Positions 49,731 through 62,818 of a stretch of 64,000 nt of DNA are shown one piece after another. Positions within the stretch are counted from its first letter, which is position 1. Every line of letters begins with the position of its first letter. Below the pieces are notes generated by a model. The model did no database searches and was not told the origin of the DNA. It saw nothing but the letters and a program-made list of their open reading frames with translations. The position numbers and the translations under genes were made by a program. The stretch comes from Azolla caroliniana (Eukaryota > Plantae > Polypodiophyta): assembly GCA_043228905.1 (NCBI GenBank), contig JBHGNT010000004.1, positions 6,634,001 through 6,698,000 on the forward strand. Reading direction: 5' to 3'.

Positions 49731-50712
49731 ATGCTTCCTCCTTGAAGCTAATGCATCTAACTTTGCACGAGGTAGTGTTTTATCGCAAACTGGAGATGAT
49801 GAATAGCTACACCCTATCGCCTTCCATTCCCGAAAATTTTAAGCTGCAGAGATCAACTACGAGATCCACGAGAAAGAACTTCTCACAATTGTGGATTCTT
49901 TTCAACAGTGGCGACATTTTCCGGAAGGTTCTTCTTAGCAGATCATTGTCTACAACGATCATAAGAAGCTGGCGTATTTCCACGATGATCGAGACTTGAG
50001 TCCGGTGACAAGCTTGTTGGGCACAAATTTTAACTCATGTTGACTTTGTAATCATATGTCGCCCTAGGATGCAGCAAGGAAAAACAAATGCTCTTTCTCG
50101 ACGTTCTTATATGGAACTTTGTCCAGGAGAACCAGCATTTGAGCATCAAAAACAAGTCATTTTGGGTCCTGCTCGTTTACAATTAATGGTAGCTAATGCC
50201 ATAACAATAGCTAGAGATTCTTGTCTTCTTGATGCCATTCAAGAGCACATGGCCATTGATGAATCCGTCAAAGATGTTTTGGATCATATCGTCCCAGATC
50301 GTGCATCTTGCTCGCAATCAAAGAATCCTCGTAAGGACTATCATCAATTCCATTGGCATGGTGGGTTATTGTTTCAACGAAACCTATTGTATGTTCCGAA
50401 TGGCCCTCCATGACTACAAGTCTTGCAACACTGCCATGACACACCAATGGCTAGACATTTCGACATCCACAAGACTTTTGAGCTAGTTTCTAGAAAATAT
50501 TGGTGGCCATGACTTCGTCATTTTGTTACCGATTATGTTCATAGTTCTGATACATGTTGCCGATCAAAAAACCCTCAACACCACCCATATGGATTATTAC
50601 AATCAATGCCTATTCCTGAGATCCCATGGAAATCTATTTTATTGGACTTCATTACAAATCTCCCACCTTCCAAGGGTTTTGATGCTATTCTCATAGTAGT
50701 AGACCGCTTTAT
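49731..50712 (+). pseudogene. pol: chromovirus X, RNase H and integrase N-terminal part (truncated)
   Basis: [40 protein letters not shown]. Confidence 0.88.
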
Positions 50713-52138
50713 TATGTGTTTGCCCATATTCAAATTTTTGGGCATTCACATAATAAATTATATGTATCTTTAAAATTTTCCAACTAAATAATACCTAAAA
50801 CAATAGCTAATTAGCTATGGTATTTTTAGCTACAAGAACCTAGATACTCCTATATTAAATTAGCAACCTTACACAACAAGTGATGAAAACTAGGTTTTAA
50901 AAATAAACATTTGTTACCAAATAAAAGGAAGAATGCCACAAGTATCTAAATGGATGGTGTGATGTACACACATATCCATAAAAAATTTGTGATGGTGATT
51001 TGCATAATTATGGACGTAAGGCCACGAATTGATGCAAGTAGTGGTGTTTTTGTGTGCAAAGATAGATTACTCAAATCAATGTCAAGAATAAGATAACTCA
51101 ACTCATGTGTTTTTAATAGAGTCTTAAGGCTCAATTAAATTACTTAACCTAGATGACAATTTGAAACAAGTGCTCAAAAGATGACACGATGCCTACTCTC
51201 TATTCCTAAATTCTAGCCAAAATTTTCTTAAGAATGGCTCTACATAGTATCGTTATACTCATAGGTAAACACATGTGAATAGTATATAGGGTTAAACATG
51301 GAATTAAGGGTAAAAAATAGAGTTAAGTGTGGATGAGCAAATGACAATTATAAGAAAATCATAAGGAAGTGGGAAGACAAACTATGTAATTAGAAAAATT
51401 AATAATAATAAAATAGGTGTTTGTGTGTGTGTAACATTAAGCCTACCCTATAGTAAGAAGCCCTATTGTGGTAGATATGCACCTCGTGATGACAACTATG
51501 TCCCATTAAATTGGCCAAGAGATGGCTCAATAGTGGGGAGAGTGGTATACACATGCAATATGTAAAAGGGTCATGAGTTGACAATGTGTGATTAGTGCAA
51601 CCATGCTCAACCCCATGCACAATGATAATTATTATTGTTACCATAATTTCCCAACAATATAAAATATGTCATGCAAACATAAAGAAGAACGAAAGAAAGA
51701 AAAGAAATCATAATATTAACTTTCATTCGACCAAGAATAAGGAATCATAGAAAAGAAGAGATCGAGAAAGAAAACTATTGGGTTTGGAATGTTGTTTTGA
51801 GCCTGAGAAGAGCATTACAAACCAGTGCCTACTCAATTGAAGGGAACTCGGATGAAGCAGAAAGGGCTCGGTCAAAGTTTTTGCTGAAATGAGGTCGTTC
51901 TCCTATGATGGTAAATTCAGTGTCAGGGCCTAAATGGAACTACCAAGCACCGAGATGGTTGTTTCCGTCATTGGCTTCCATTAGTGGACAGAAGATGTAA
52001 TTATGTGGTTACCATGTAAAAAGAGTTAGCGGGATACTTTTGTTGTAAATAGTAGGATGGGGATTATGCTTAGTTTTGTGTGGAGTAGTGTGAGTTTTGT
52101 TGATTATGGCTGAACTTTGATGTTCTTTTCTTTTCTTT

Positions 52139-53600
52139 TTTCGTAAGAATAGGAAACGATGCAACAGACGGGAAAAGAATAGGTCGTGTATGGCGCGACC
52201 AGCGCGACCACCGAAACAGGTGATCCCAACACAATCAGGAGGTCGATTGCGGACCAACCTCTTACTTCATCTGCGGTTGGACTGCATACGCGAGCAAGGG
52301 AGTCCAGTGCACCCCCCCCCAATTTTCGCCTCATTTTAGTGATGAGACAGTCGACCTAGTGTTATCGGAGGAGGATCGAGCTGTAGTTTTGGGTGAGGTA
52401 CAAAGGTTGGAAGCTTACTCCTTGGTAGTGCAGGTACAGGGTTTGAGATTAAATCGATCAGAACTTCAGCATACTTTGTACGTGGCTTTCTCGGAGGAAG
52501 TGGATAAAATAATCGATATTCAATTCATGTCTCGGGGATGTTACCATGTGGAATTTGCAAGCGAGGAGGCCGTCACAAGGCTACTAGCAATTAAGGAGGC
52601 GGGCGTGGAAGGTGCATGGGTATCTTTTCATAAATGGTCTCATAATGTTAAGGTAGATGACATATTACAGGATCAAGAGTCTAGTATGGTGTTTACAGCA
52701 GTATTCCCCAAATTAAGGAAGGAATGGAGGAATGTTCTTCCTCGTATTGGGACCTTGTTAGGTAAAGTCATTGCTACGCATCAGGGATAGGTGGGTGGGG
52801 TATCTGTTGTTCGGTTGATTGCACCAAGATCTGTTCGGTTGCCATCAACGATTGCTTTACCTAACTTAATTATAAATAAATCACCGGTTGTACAAAAGGT
52901 ATATTGTTAAGGTTTACCTAATCAATGTTTTGTGTGTCGATAGTTTGGTCATTTAGGTCGAGATTATCAGAAGCGTCAGCCGAATGTTGAAGCACATGCA
53001 CCTACTCAACCGAATGTTAATAATGAGGGCTGGTCTACAGTTGCTGCTAAACATGTTTTTAAACCGACTAGTAAGTTGGTTAATCCAGTGTTATTACTTG
53101 AAGCTAACCCTTATCACTCTTTGCAGGAAACGGAAAAGGAGGTGGGGATTAGTAAAGTGGATGGCAGTTTTTCCCTCCCAGTTTTCACAAAGGAGCAACA
53201 TAATTCGAAAGACACAATTTCGAAGGTACAAGATGTAGAATCTGTTTTTAAGATTAATAATCAATTTAGTAACGATAAACAACTATTTTTAGATCAAGTA
53301 TGACAAATTGATACATCCGTAGCTTTGCAAGATTTTAAAAAGAAAAAAAATGAAGTGGTCAAGGTTGACCTCACACATGCTAAGATGAATTGTGGCAATA
53401 TAGTTGCTTTTACTACAATTGATAAGTCATCTAATAGGGTTTCTATTATAGATAAACATATGCCAGTGCGTGCACATAAGTTGATTGGGAAAGACATTTG
53501 GTCAAATAAGAGACAATTACGGGCCTCGAAGGATGGAAGGAACGGTAGAGACGTTGCACTTGCCGAAATGAGAGTAGGAGTGCAAAACATGAATGATGGA
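52139..53600 (+). pseudogene. LINE ORF1 (RRM/DUF4283-like region plus zinc knuckle)
   Basis: IQFMSRGCYHVEFASEE; LPNQCFVCR*FGHLGRD near 52920. Confidence 0.7.
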
Positions 53601-56600
53601 TAGGTTAAATATTATTTCATGGAATGTACGGGGCTTGGGAGGCAAACATTACCTTAAAATAAGGAGTGTTTTCCGTCGTCAGTTAAGGAAGTCTTGCATA
53701 GGTAGAATTGATGTTCTTCTTATTCAAGAGCATCATTTAAATGAACAAAGGATACAAAAATATGGAAATTTGTTGCCAGGCCAGTGGAGACAGTTCTGGG
53801 TGCCTGCAACTGGGGATAATAATCTGAAGGCAAGACTTTGCATTGCAATAAATGACATTTGGTGTTCTGCTTTCTTACATTATGGAGTCTTGACTTGTGG
53901 TAGAGAATATGTAATTTTACAAATTGGTTTGAAAAAATGGGGTTTGTTGAATATATATGCACCGAATCATACTAAAGATAGAACGATATTTTGGAAGAGC
54001 CTAATGGCACAATTACCGGTTGTTGACCACTAGGCAATTGCGGGTGATTTTAATATGTGGGAGGGGGGTGTGATAGTTAGGAGGCACATCACAAACAATA
54101 TCTGGTTTAGAACTATATGAATGGGAACGTTTTATTTTTTCTTTAGGTTTATTGGACTTGTGGCATGTGTCTTCTTTTGCAAGGATACAAGATTCCTTAG
54201 AGTATTCAAGATCATACCTTCATTTTCCTTTTCTGATCATGCACCGCTTCAGTTAGTTATAGTCTTACAGGAGCAATATAAGAACTCAAGGTTTAGAATT
54301 CTGAATCATGTGTTTCTTAGCCCAGATTGTTCTCCTACTCTGCATAATATTTGGAATAAGTATGACTACTCCTTTGATTATGCATTATCTAGTGTCAAGA
54401 AGGCTATAAGTGAAACACAACAATTTGTTAACGGGAAGGCTAAACAAGTATTTTATGCATCTTTAACTAAAATAGGTAGGCTTCGTAGGGGATTGAAATC
54501 CCTACAACATTTGCAAGAAAGAAGAGCACATTCGAGTTATATAAGTTCTCGAGTGGTTCAAGTAGGGAATCAAATATTGGACTTAGAAAAGATTTCTGTT
54601 GATTTTAATTATCCCAATATATCATCCACATGGGCAGAATCGGGAGATAAAGTCAATAAGTTGTTCTTTGCAGTGCATAATCATCATAAGTCATCAGCTA
54701 GGATTTCTAGATTAAAATGTCTTGATGGCTCCTATACCACGGATCCTAGTCAGATGCAACAAATAGCCTCTGATTATTATGAAGCTTTGTTAAAAGCTAG
54801 ACCCTTTTCTGAGGCTGATCTGGTTAAGAGGGACATCATATGGTCTAGGATTCATAATAGGGTTTCTAGAAATATTTTACGTTGTCTTTTACAACCATTA
54901 AGTACTCAAGAGGTTTTTAAAGCAGTAAAACCCCTTGCAAAGGATGTTTGTCTTGGTTTGGATGGGTTGGGAGTTCAATGGTATATCCAGTATTGGGATT
55001 TGATAGGTGATGGGCTGACCAAAGCCGAGAGATTTTAGATTCTGGAAATATGCCACAAGAATGGAAGGAGGGTTTAATCTATATGATTCCTAAAACAAGT
55101 GGACAGTTAGAAGAGCTTAGCCATTTGAGACCAATCACCTTGTTGAATGTTATTTATAAGATATTAGCAAAAACGATAGCTAGACGGTTACAACCTTATC
55201 TTTCGGAGTTGATTCATGATACCCAGACTAGTTTTTTGCAAGAGCAAAGTATCTTTCATAATATTATTCTCTTTTGGGAAATGGTGACCTTCGTTGAAGT
55301 GCAAAAGCAAGATCTGGCGGTGTTATTTCTTGATTTTGAAAAAGCTTACGATAGAGTGGACTGGGATTTTATGGAGGGAACACTCTTCAGGATGGGTTTC
55401 CCAAGCAAATGGATACGAGGAGTTTCAGCATTTTATCGTAATGCAAATAGTTCTCTCTTATTTGCAGGGGACATTGGTAAGCGGTTTTCTATTTCAAGAT
55501 CTGTACGGCAGGGATGCCCACTTGCTCCTTTCCTGTTTTTGCTAGTATCTAAAGCATTCTCTATACATTTAAATTCTCAATATGTAAATATTAAAGGTTT
55601 AGCACTACCATTGGCAAATGCTGGTGTGAATAGCGAATTCGCTGATGATACAGCTTTATATGTTCAGGCCTCACATTGTAATTTGTTTCACTGGATGATT
55701 TCTCATATGACAGGTGCAAAAGGCTATGGATGATTTCTCATATGCATCGGGTGCATTGATAAATTGGGATAAATCATCAGGTTTTTGGGGCTTTAGGAGA
55801 TCCGCCAGTTAATGTACCTTCCTTAGGATTCACATGGATACCTCAAGGTCAGTCTATTAGGTATCTAGGTTGTCGAGTGGGTGTGGGATTAAAGACAGAA
55901 GATATGATTGCGCCCTTATTGTTAAGATTAAGAAATAAATTAGTATATTGGAATAAGGAAAAATTATCCTTAGCTGGACGGGTAGTTGTAGCTAATTCGG
56001 TGTTGTTGTCCTCAATTTGGTATATAGCATCTACATGGTTGTTTTCTAGGTCAATAATGTTGAAAGTTCAACGTTTAGTACGAAATTTTATTTGGGGGAA
56101 CAATAGGTCAGACAATTTTGTAGCAAAGGTAGCTTGGTCTGTTCTGATATAATCTAAACAAAAAGGAGGTTTAGGTTTGATTGATCCATTTATGCAAAGC
56201 AAAGCTTTACTTACTAAACATGTTGTTAGGAGTTTATTGCCAGGAGAGGAGTTATGGAAAAAGCTATGGATGCAACATTTACATAAGGTCAAGCCTTCAG
56301 TAGGTGGTCAATGGAAGGATAGTCTTAGATGGTTCTTTAATGCAGATTTTCAGCTACCTAAGTCCAATGAAGGATTGTTGCGTTTCTTCAATGGAATTTT
56401 TCAGGCATGGGAAACTCTTCGGCAAGCACTTGTTTTCTTGCCACCGAAAAGCTATCATCAATTTATGCGTCAACCATTGATATGGAATCCTTTATTTACT
56501 GATGAAGCTTCATGTGTTTTGGGTTTACGCCCTAGGTTATCATGGGCTGCAATGGAAAGTGGACCAGCTCGTACGGTTGCGGATTGGATAAAGTTTATGC

Positions 56601-57640
56601 AATCCTCTACGCAGGATCAAAGTAATAGGTTATCTAACTTAAGAGGGGCTCAAATCATGTTATTACAATTGTCCACGGTGTATCAGGTCACAGTGCCAAC
56701 ATTGCAATTCGATCATTTTCAGAGTTGGTACGGTATGTTCTCGACACTCAATATACTTATAGGAGCTCGGTTATATCATCAAAATGGCAACCTCTATTTT
56801 TATGAAGTTTTGGACAATGGTAGGTTGATACTAGTGGATGAGGAGTCTCCAATCATGTCCGTTGTGAAGCAATTGCCAATGCGAGTAATTGTTAGATTAG
56901 ATAAATATATATATATCAATCCTAGTCCACTAATCACTAATTTCTCATCTCATATTTCGGTGTTAGACTCTAAACCAATTGATGACCTGCAGTGGGATCC
57001 AGTGGATTATGGTTGGAAATTGTCCATGTCTGACTCTTCGACTAAGGTCCTTCCTTTCTTCAAATATTCAGTGGCATTTGGTAAGAATTTTATGTTTTTG
57101 GGAATGTGTTTCCGCAAAAAGTTTTTGGTGTCGAATTCTTAGGCTTCTAGGTCATAAGTATAGATCTGCTATTTTTACGTGGGGTGCAGACTTCTGGGGA
57201 ATGTTGGATCAACACAGGGCATTTTATCATTATAATCATTCTTTCTTGTCTTTACATGTAAGAAGTTTTCGGGTATATTCTACTTCAAGCTCCTTGCAGG
57301 GAATCAAGTTCTTCTCGCAGAGTTATGTTTGGCATATTTTCTCCTCGTTGTCTCTATGGGTTCTTTGGAAAGCTAGGTGTTCCAAGTTATACAATGATGA
57401 AGACAATCACGTTGTGGATTAGGTAAAGTCTTTTTGGAACTTATTAGTACATACAGTTAAAGGTGAGTATGACAGTTATAGGGGCTCTGGAAACACATCT
57501 ATTAGAAAAAGGAGATTATGACGAGTTTGGTCAGTTATTCCTATAATGTTAGATGTAGGCACTGAGGTTAGGTGGAACTATGTACCACCTCGTTGGTTGT
57601 TCCCGCCACCGGTACCATTCTTATTGCGAACAACATGAGA
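53593..57640 (+). pseudogene. LINE ORF2 (APE endonuclease + reverse transcriptase)
   Basis: IISWNVRGL, LIQEHHL, NIYAPN, GDFN, SDH; RPITLLNVIYKI, LDFEKAYDRV, VRQGCPLAP, FADD, LSLAGRVVV. Confidence 0.92.
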
Positions 57641-58047
57641 CAACATGGAGGAGACAATTGCGGCAGGTACGAAGGCTATTTTAATGTATAAGGTGGTGAT
57701 GACAAGTGAACATAGCCATATGGTGGATGAAGACATGAGGATGTGGGATGATGTTGTGGGTGCTGAAGCAGAGTAGTATAAGAAGGATTTTATTGGTAAG
57801 AGGCGGAATTCCTGTGATAATTGGAGACATCGAGAGGGTGGATGTGGACATGAGGAAGTTGGTTTTCTGTTTTTGTGATCAGAATAACTGATGTTAGTGG
57901 GGGTTGTCAGAGATTATTATGAGAAGGTGAGGATTTTTTCTACTCATTTGTTTTTGGAAAAAAAAAAGAGCATTACAAACCATGTTAGATCCCCATTGCT
58001 CACACAAAAACATAAAAAAAACACAAAAAAATATTGTTAGTAAGTTC

Positions 58048-58496
58048 GCTTTGATACCACTTTTAAGACCATTACTAATTAAAACACCAAATTAAAGTAA
58101 TCGAAAGGTAGATAGATTGGATAAACAAACCCATTCCTCTCAACCACCCGAGGCTTATAATCAAGACTTTGCCAGCTTACCACCAACGTCCCAACGTATA
58201 TTAGGATGACTAATACCTTCTCAAGATGAAAGCCTAGTCTGTAGCACTGGTATCTCAAGACTTCTACCTTCTCACATAATATGCCTTATGAGGGTAGTTA
58301 GGCCTCATATTTATATTTCTTCCTAGGCTCCTTGAATATCATAATTCATTGGTTCTCAATATCATGATAGTGCATGCACCTATCATTCCTTCTATCAAAA
58401 CACATTAGTCCCTTTCTATCATTATTGAATATACCCTTCACTTATCCTTTGTAAATATTAATGACCTACCCTCACCTACATTATGTGTGCATAACA
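58048..58496 (-). mobile_element. 5' LTR plus Met-tRNA PBS of an LTR element; the LINE inserted ~70 bp into its leader
   Basis: Minus strand starts TGTTATGCACACATAATG, similar to the solo LTR at 34764; PBS TGGTATCAAAGC at 58048-58059. Confidence 0.75.
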
Positions 58497-58629
58497 ATAA
58501 CTTTATGAACCAATTAGATATAGTTAATTATAATGGATTAAGAATAAGATAGTCAGGAAACCAATTACCTTAGGAGCTTGACCTATGACACATGGTGGTC
58601 TAGGAGCCTTAGGTGTTGAGATATATAAA

Positions 58630-58760
58630 GGGTACTAGCTACCTCGTTCGTTACAACATCTCGAGACATTGTTGAGATTCTATTGGTGAAGCTAAATGCT
58701 TGGGTACTAGCTACCCCGTTCATTACAACATCTTGAAACATTGTTGAGATTCTATTGGTG
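58630..58760. repeat. two ~72-bp tandem units
   Basis: GGGTACTAGCTACC...ACATTGTTGAGATTCTATTGGTG at 58630 and 58702. Confidence 0.8.
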
Positions 58761-58882
58761 CGGCTCAGCACTATTCTTTGGATTCAAGAACCAAAGTATA
58801 ACATAAGGTAATTACTGGTGATATAGAACACTAATGGTATTTTATGTTCAAGGGGTGGTGATATAGAAACGAGGTGGTGGTG

Positions 58883-58884
<2 letters not shown>

Positions 58885-58927
<43 letters not shown>
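58885..58927. repeat. (GT)n microsatellite
   Basis: Direct reading. Confidence 0.95.
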
Positions 58928-58928
<1 letters not shown>

Positions 58929-59083
58929 ACCCTTAATCCATTATGTATTCTCCTTTATGATTTATCTCTTTCCCTTTTGCTCATCATCAGTTCCATCTAA
59001 AATAAATCATTTGCTAACATTTAATATTGTCTAAATATATCAAGTGCATGCATATATAGCATGTTTTTCACCAATAATTAGAA

Positions 59084-59363
59084 GGGAAAAGTACCAGGAT
59101 ACCCCTAGAAGTTCGCCTATTTACCAAAATGCCCCTCTAAGTTCCAAATTTACCAAACTACCTAGATGTCCAAAAAAATACATTTTATAAAGTAATTATA
59201 CACTCAAATCTACAAGCCCTATTTACCAAAATACCCTTCAAACACAAATTTCTTTACTTCAACGATTCTTTGGGTCCTTTGTACCTAACAGTGTAGTCTT
59301 TTTTTTCTTTCTTGTTCATTGGGTTGATCAATCGTCTTCATCATCAGGATCCATAGAAGGTTA

Positions 59364-59448
<85 letters not shown>

Positions 59449-59617
59449 ATATGTGGTCATTTCTCTATGTTTAGGGGGCATTTTGGTAAATAAGCAAACT
59501 TCCAGGGGTATCCTGGTATTTTTCCCATATATTAAAGGGGCATTCTGGTAAATTTGTAACTTAAAGGGGCATTCAGGTAAATAGGCAAACTTCTAGGGGC
59601 ATCCTGGTACTTTTCCC
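59084..59617. mobile_element. Mutator-like non-autonomous element (MITE)
   Basis: ~70-bp imperfect TIRs GGGAAAAGTACCAGGAT... / ...ATCCTGGTACTTTTCCC; 9-bp TSD TAATTAGAA at 59075-59083 and 59618-59626; internal (TG)n at 59370-59446. Confidence 0.92.
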
Positions 59618-61803
59618 TAATTAGAAAGCCACATGTCTCTATTTGATGAATTTAAATTAGAAATATCAAACATGACCATAATAATAGTTTTTTTATCAGC
59701 ATCTCTCTAATGTCAAATACGTTTCTCTTTTAATACTACTTATACAAACACAACACAAAGGGAAAGCAATGCCATTTTTTTATTTTTGTGAAGTTGTAAA
59801 AGAGAATTTAATAGATTGCTCTAATTAAAAATGAATTGGCCATAGGAGAATATGTGCATATGTTAACCAACTCATAGATACCTAGTTTTTCTTTTCAAAT
59901 AGGCAATATAGGTGACGTAAAACTTTAGCCAATAAACTTTAATTCATGGTTCGCAATCATGTTGACCATATTTGTTGCGAGGAAATATTTTTGAGACATG
60001 TTATATTATAACCATGATATTGCCTTTGAAACTAGTTTGTGGGGTTCTAAGGTTAATTTGGTATTTATATCTTGTACACAACAATCTAGATAGTTAAGAT
60101 ACCACACCTGATCTTGTTATATGATCTTTTTTATATAGACTATAAGCTTACTACTTTAGTCAAGGCCCTCTTAGATATTATATCTTAAGAAAATATTATC
60201 CATTGCGTGCTAAAGAATGTTTAATGTAAACATAACCATAATATTTATACTTACACACTTTGAAAGTTAAGCTACATGCAAACAACTGCCTAAGCTATCT
60301 TTTCAACCAAATGATTAGGCTAATCGTAACTACGATGATAATGTGTACAAATGTGACATTGCAACTATTTTCTATCTTGGAGTTGGAAGTTGTTGTCGTG
60401 TTTACAACATAATAACAATATTGGTGAAGAAACAAGGTACATTCATGAGAGCTTGCACTTGGTGACAAAAAACATTCTAGAACCCATGATTTGTGGAGAT
60501 CAAATACACCAAGAAGCATCCACAATCGAGGATTTGAAATCAACCTAATTAGCTCGTTGTTTGAGGGTATTAGAGGTTCAGTGTACTCGGATATGTTTTA
60601 GACATTTTTTTATGTGAGAGCAAGGAAGAGAATCTCATTCTCAAGAGCCTTTGTGTGTGATTGTTGATTTGCATGTTGTAAGCCCACTTTCTAGGCAAAA
60701 GACAAACCCTACTTACACCCACAGCCAATTTGTGTTGTTTCATTTATGTGTAGAACAAGGTGGAATTATTTCTTAATACTATTAACGTAAACTAGAATCA
60801 TCGTATATGGGAGGTTAATTAAATACCATGTCATGAGTACCATATAGTGGAACGGGTATTGACTGATGATTTTTTAGCATGTGTTGCAAGCTTTGAAGGT
60901 ATCTTGCCAAATATTAATAACAGAAAATGTTTGGAAACAACTTTATATTTGTACATTGTGACTATACATGATATTAATACAACCTACAACAAACAATAAT
61001 ATTCTAATATGTGTTGCATCAATTGAAGGAACAAAAAATATTGATTATGATGCTCCCTAGCACCATCCTTGTGGGTCCTCAAAGCAATATAGGAGACATG
61101 ATTTCACAAGGTATGACAATGGAGGCACATCATGCATGTAATTAAGGGGTCATCCCTACAAAAGCCTCTTATTTATGCCCAAGAGAGCTACATGTAATAG
61201 TAGTTTAATTATTAATAGAGCAAGTGCTTTGAAGTCAATATATATATATATATCGACTTCAAAGCTCAAATATGACCTATGAGAGAGAGAGAGAGAGAGA
61301 GAGATGCTTAGAGGACATGTGATAGAATTAGAATAACACAAAGAATATTAGAATGGTCTCTAAACAATGATGAGAGACATAACTCGAGAGACAGAGAGAA
61401 ATGTATTATGGATATGTCCTATTGCTAGAGTAGTTTGGAAAATTGTGTTGAGGATTCTATATCTTGTTTATGGTAAACAAATGTACATGTGGGGTTTTGT
61501 GAGATGGGGAAGGCTTGCCAAAGAAATATAGAATTATGAAAAGGAGTGTGTTGATTTTCTTCTTCTCTCTAATGGAAGGCAAGTATTAGATGTCTCTTAT
61601 GCTCCACCAAGTGTGACTTTTTTTGCCCCCCAGTATGGAAGGATCCGAATTTTAGATGTGTAAATACAATTTCTAAGGTAGCTACGTGCAGGCTTTTGCT
61701 ATTCGACATGTTGGTTGATGTGGGTATGGTGGTTGTGTTTTCATGTATGAGTTCATTGTAGCCTTTGGGCATCTTTCCATTAATACCAGGATGAATCTTT
61801 AAA

Positions 61804-61836
<33 letters not shown>

Positions 61837-61897
61837 ATCTCTTTTTGAATGGGGATCATCAAGTGATCTAGAATCTTGTAATTCATTACAAAATGAA

Positions 61898-62818
61898 TTG
61901 CTTGTTTCTTCTCAAGTGTTGTTTTGGCATGGGAAAGAGAAGTTGAGATCTCAATTCAATCGTTTATTTCGATTGGGGATTGTACATTTGGAAGATGTGG
62001 TTGATAATGAATCTCAAAGGTTGTCGGAATTTGAAGATGCCAAGCGATGGTTATGTATTCCCCCAAATTATGGATTTATTTGGGAGAAATTAAAAGATAT
62101 ATCATTGTTGCAAGGATCTTTGCCATTGAAAACAAATTTTATACCTTGGGTGGCTTGGCGGTTACAAGATGGTACACACTTGTTACAAGTCACTACAAAT
62201 ATATTGTATCAGCATGCAATGGCATCATTATCTTGGTTATCACCTAAAGCAGCGGAGTTTTGGAATGTATGTAAGTCAAATGCAAGGTGGTGAAAAATAT
62301 TACAACATTGTTGGCATTCCCATATACCATTTCGTGCAAAGGTATTCATATGGAGGGTCATGATTGGTGGGCTCCCATTAGGTTTGGCCTTAAAGAGACG
62401 AGGACTAGGGTTTAGCACATGTTTCTTTTGCATTGTTCCATTGGAGGATAGTACACATAGGTTCATTAAATGTCCTATAGCGTGTACCATTTGAAAGTAC
62501 TAATCAGACATTTGGCAAGTTTTAACCCATTGTTGTTTGAGACCTCAACAATGGGTTTTTTCTCAATATGTTCAAAATGGTTCAAATGATGAGATGGAGA
62601 TATTATTCCAATTTTTATGTTATTGGGGACTACAACACAATTGGAATATGCGTAATACTTTCATGTTTGATAATAGACATGGGGTGAAAGCCTATATAAA
62701 GAAGTTGAAAGGTATTCTTATGTGGAATTTTTGGATGTTAGAGCATGTGAGGATTATTTCCTCAAATGCATATTCAGGTTTTTTAATGGCATTACAAGAC
62801 GTCCCTCTCCCTACATAG
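61898..62818 (+). pseudogene. 5'-truncated LINE ORF2 C-terminus (zf-RVT-like)
   Basis: KVFIWRVMIGGLP...CFFCIVPLEDSTHRFIKCPIA, WNMRNTFMF. Confidence 0.75.

Larger units (their letters stand above)
51825..57965 (+). mobile_element. full-length decayed L1-clade LINE
   Basis: 17-bp TSD AAGAGCATTACAAACCA at 51808-51824 and 57966-57982; poly(A) tail 57958-57967; ORF1 and ORF2 remnants. Confidence 0.93.

Noticed and set aside
50713-51807. AT-rich segment that may be the internal region of the LTR element at 58048-58496
   Set aside because: No recognisable gag or pol motif and no second LTR found.
60370-61130. Possibly decayed coding sequence or host exons
   Set aside because: No sustained frame, recognisable motif or convincing splice structure; a translated homology search would be needed.
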